Below are positions 34,198-35,376 of a stretch of DNA of 35,376 nucleotides, one piece after another (position 1 is the first letter of the stretch; each line of letters opens with the position of its first letter). Both the position numbers and the translations under genes were made by a program. The DNA comes from a virus. Lineage: Duplodnaviria; Caudoviricetes. The notes beneath the pieces are model-generated. The model ran no database searches, was not told where the DNA came from, and worked only from the letters and a program-made list of their open reading frames with translations. The stretch covers positions 1 to 35,376 of IMG/VR virus record IMGVR_UViG_3300038315_001552. One strand, 5' to 3'.

Positions 34198-35281
34198 GCT
34201 GCCCGACAATGTCCGGCCGGTTCGCGATCGCCACGGCCGAATTCGCTACCGCTTCCGCCGCAAGGGCTGGCCCAGCAAATACCTGAAGGGCGAACCTGGC
34301 AGCGCCGAATTCCACCGCAGCTATGCCGAAATCATCGAAGGCGGCCAGGCCGAAGCCAAGCCGATCGCGGTTGATCGGCCCATCATCCCGAAAACGCTGG
34401 ATGACCTCCATCGCCGCCACAAGGCGACTCCGCGCTGGAAGAAGAAGGCAGCGCGGACCCAGCGGGTCTATGGCCAGGTTCTCGACCGCTTCATGGACCG
34501 CATCGATCGCAAGGGCCGCCGCTATGGCGAACGTCCGGTTTCGCGCGTTAGCGTGGCATGGCTCGACGGGATCTTCGGCGACATGCACGAAACGCCAGGC
34601 GCGGCGAACAACCTGCGCAAATTCCTCGCCGGCCTGATGGATGAAGCCATCCGCGCCGGATGGAGGCCTGACAATCCGGTTCGCTTGACCACGAAATATG
34701 CAAGCGGCGCGGGCTTCCACGATTGGACCGACGCCGAAATCGAACAGTATCGCGCCGCGCATCCGCTCGGCACCATGGCCAGACTGACCCTGGAACTGGC
34801 GCTAAATACGGCCGCCAGGCGCTGCAACGTCAACAAGATCGAACGCGACCACATCGTCGACGGGCGCATCATCGTCGACCACGCGAAGGACAACAACAAG
34901 ACATCGGTTCGCATGCTCGCCACCACGCGCGCGGCGATCGATGCGCTGCCCGCGCAGCCCATCCGCTTCCTTGTGACCACGCAATTCGGCAAACCCTTCA
35001 GCGATGCCGGCATGGGCAACCGCATGCGGAAATGGTGCGATGCGGCCGGCCTTCCGAACTGCTCGCTGCATGGTCTTCGCAAGGCGATGGCGCGCCAGCT
35101 GGCCGAATCCGGCGCCACCGACGCCGAAGGCATGGCAGTCACCGGACACAAGAAGGCCGCGACCTTCGCCTATTACCGGAAAGCGGCCAGCCAATCGGCA
35201 CTGGCCGATCGCGCGATGTCCAACCTTGAAGCCCGCGCCGATGTCCAACCTTTGAAAAATGGCGGAAATTCAGGCGATTAA
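34181..35281 (+). CDS. int: Tyrosine recombinase / integrase
   Basis: DRHGR.RYRFRR N-terminus, TAARR (R), HGLRK (HxxR), TGH and YY. Ends 9 nt before att. Start may be 34169. Confidence 0.95.
   Translation: MTKTDKLPDNVRPVRDRHGRIRYRFRRKGWPSKYLKGEPGSAEFHRSYAEIIEGGQAEAKPIAVDRPIIPKTLDDLHRRHKATPRWKKKAARTQRVYGQVLDRFMDRIDRKGRRYGERPVSRVSVAWLDGIFGDMHETPGAANNLRKFLAGLMDEAIRAGWRPDNPVRLTTKYASGAGFHDWTDAEIEQYRAAHPLGTMARLTLELALNTAARRCNVNKIERDHIVDGRIIVDHAKDNNKTSVRMLATTRAAIDALPAQPIRFLVTTQFGKPFSDAGMGNRMRKWCDAAGLPNCSLHGLRKAMARQLAESGATDAEGMAVTGHKKAATFAYYRKAASQSALADRAMSNLEARADVQPLKNGGNSGD
35217..35251 (+). repeat. Putative integrase arm-type sites TGTCCAACCT x2 within the int 3' end
   Basis: CGATGTCCAACCTT occurs at 35214 and 35239. 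Its core matches 114 and 166. Confidence 0.75.
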
Positions 35282-35290
35282 GGGGGCGAT

Positions 35291-35306
35291 TGGTGGACAG
35301 GGCTGG
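35291..35306 (+). repeat. att core, right copy
   Basis: Identical to 63-78. Confidence 0.95.
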
Positions 35307-35376
35307 ATTCGAACCAGCGTACGCTTGCGCGGGCAGATTTACAGTCTGCTGCCTTTAACCACTCGGCCACCTGTCC
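35291..35376 (-). tRNA. tRNA-Tyr (GTA)
   Basis: Reverse complement GGACAGGTGGCCGAGTGGTTAAAGGCAGCAGACTGTAAATCTGCCCGCGCAAGCGTACGCTGGTTCGAATCCAGCCCTGTCCACCA: cloverleaf, long variable arm, GTA anticodon and encoded CCA. Confidence 0.98.

Larger units (their letters stand above)
63..35306. mobile_element. Complete P2-like (phiCTX/RSA1-type) prophage integrated in tRNA-Tyr
   Basis: Flanked by a 16-bp direct repeat of the tRNA 3' end. Has a full set of P2-type head/tail genes, lysis, immunity, primase-helicase and integrase. Confidence 0.96.

Noticed and set aside
35291-35376. tRNA-Tyr as an amber suppressor explaining the TAG at 32160
   Set aside because: The anticodon is GTA, not CTA.

Overview
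The window is an apparently complete ~35.2 kb P2-like (Peduoviridae-type, contractile-tail) prophage of a GC-rich host, probably an alphaproteobacterium. It is integrated into the 3' end of a tRNA-Tyr(GTA) gene, with the 16-bp att core TGGTGGACAGGGCTGG at 63-78 and 35291-35306. The layout is phiCTX/RSA1-like: att, an AT-rich ori-like region, cos, an accessory slot, portal/terminase/head, tail, an extra tailspike, a relocated lysis cassette (holins, M23 endolysin, nested spanins), V/W, sheath/tube/E-E'/tape measure/U/D, a lipoprotein moron, an S24 repressor/Cro switch, CII-like, Ogr, a Zn-finger/TOPRIM primase-helicase, early accessory genes (HD hydrolase, GcrA-like HTH, beta-class DNA methyltransferase) and a tyrosine integrase. 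Two things are not explained by gene annotation. (1) Seven copies of a covarying stem/6x3 internal loop/triloop hairpin lie only in late-region intergenic gaps, on both strands. (2) A stand-alone BstA-like domain gene in the cos-portal accessory slot has a highly structured leader overlapped by a putative antisense small RNA. All family calls come from motif recognition and synteny, not database searches.
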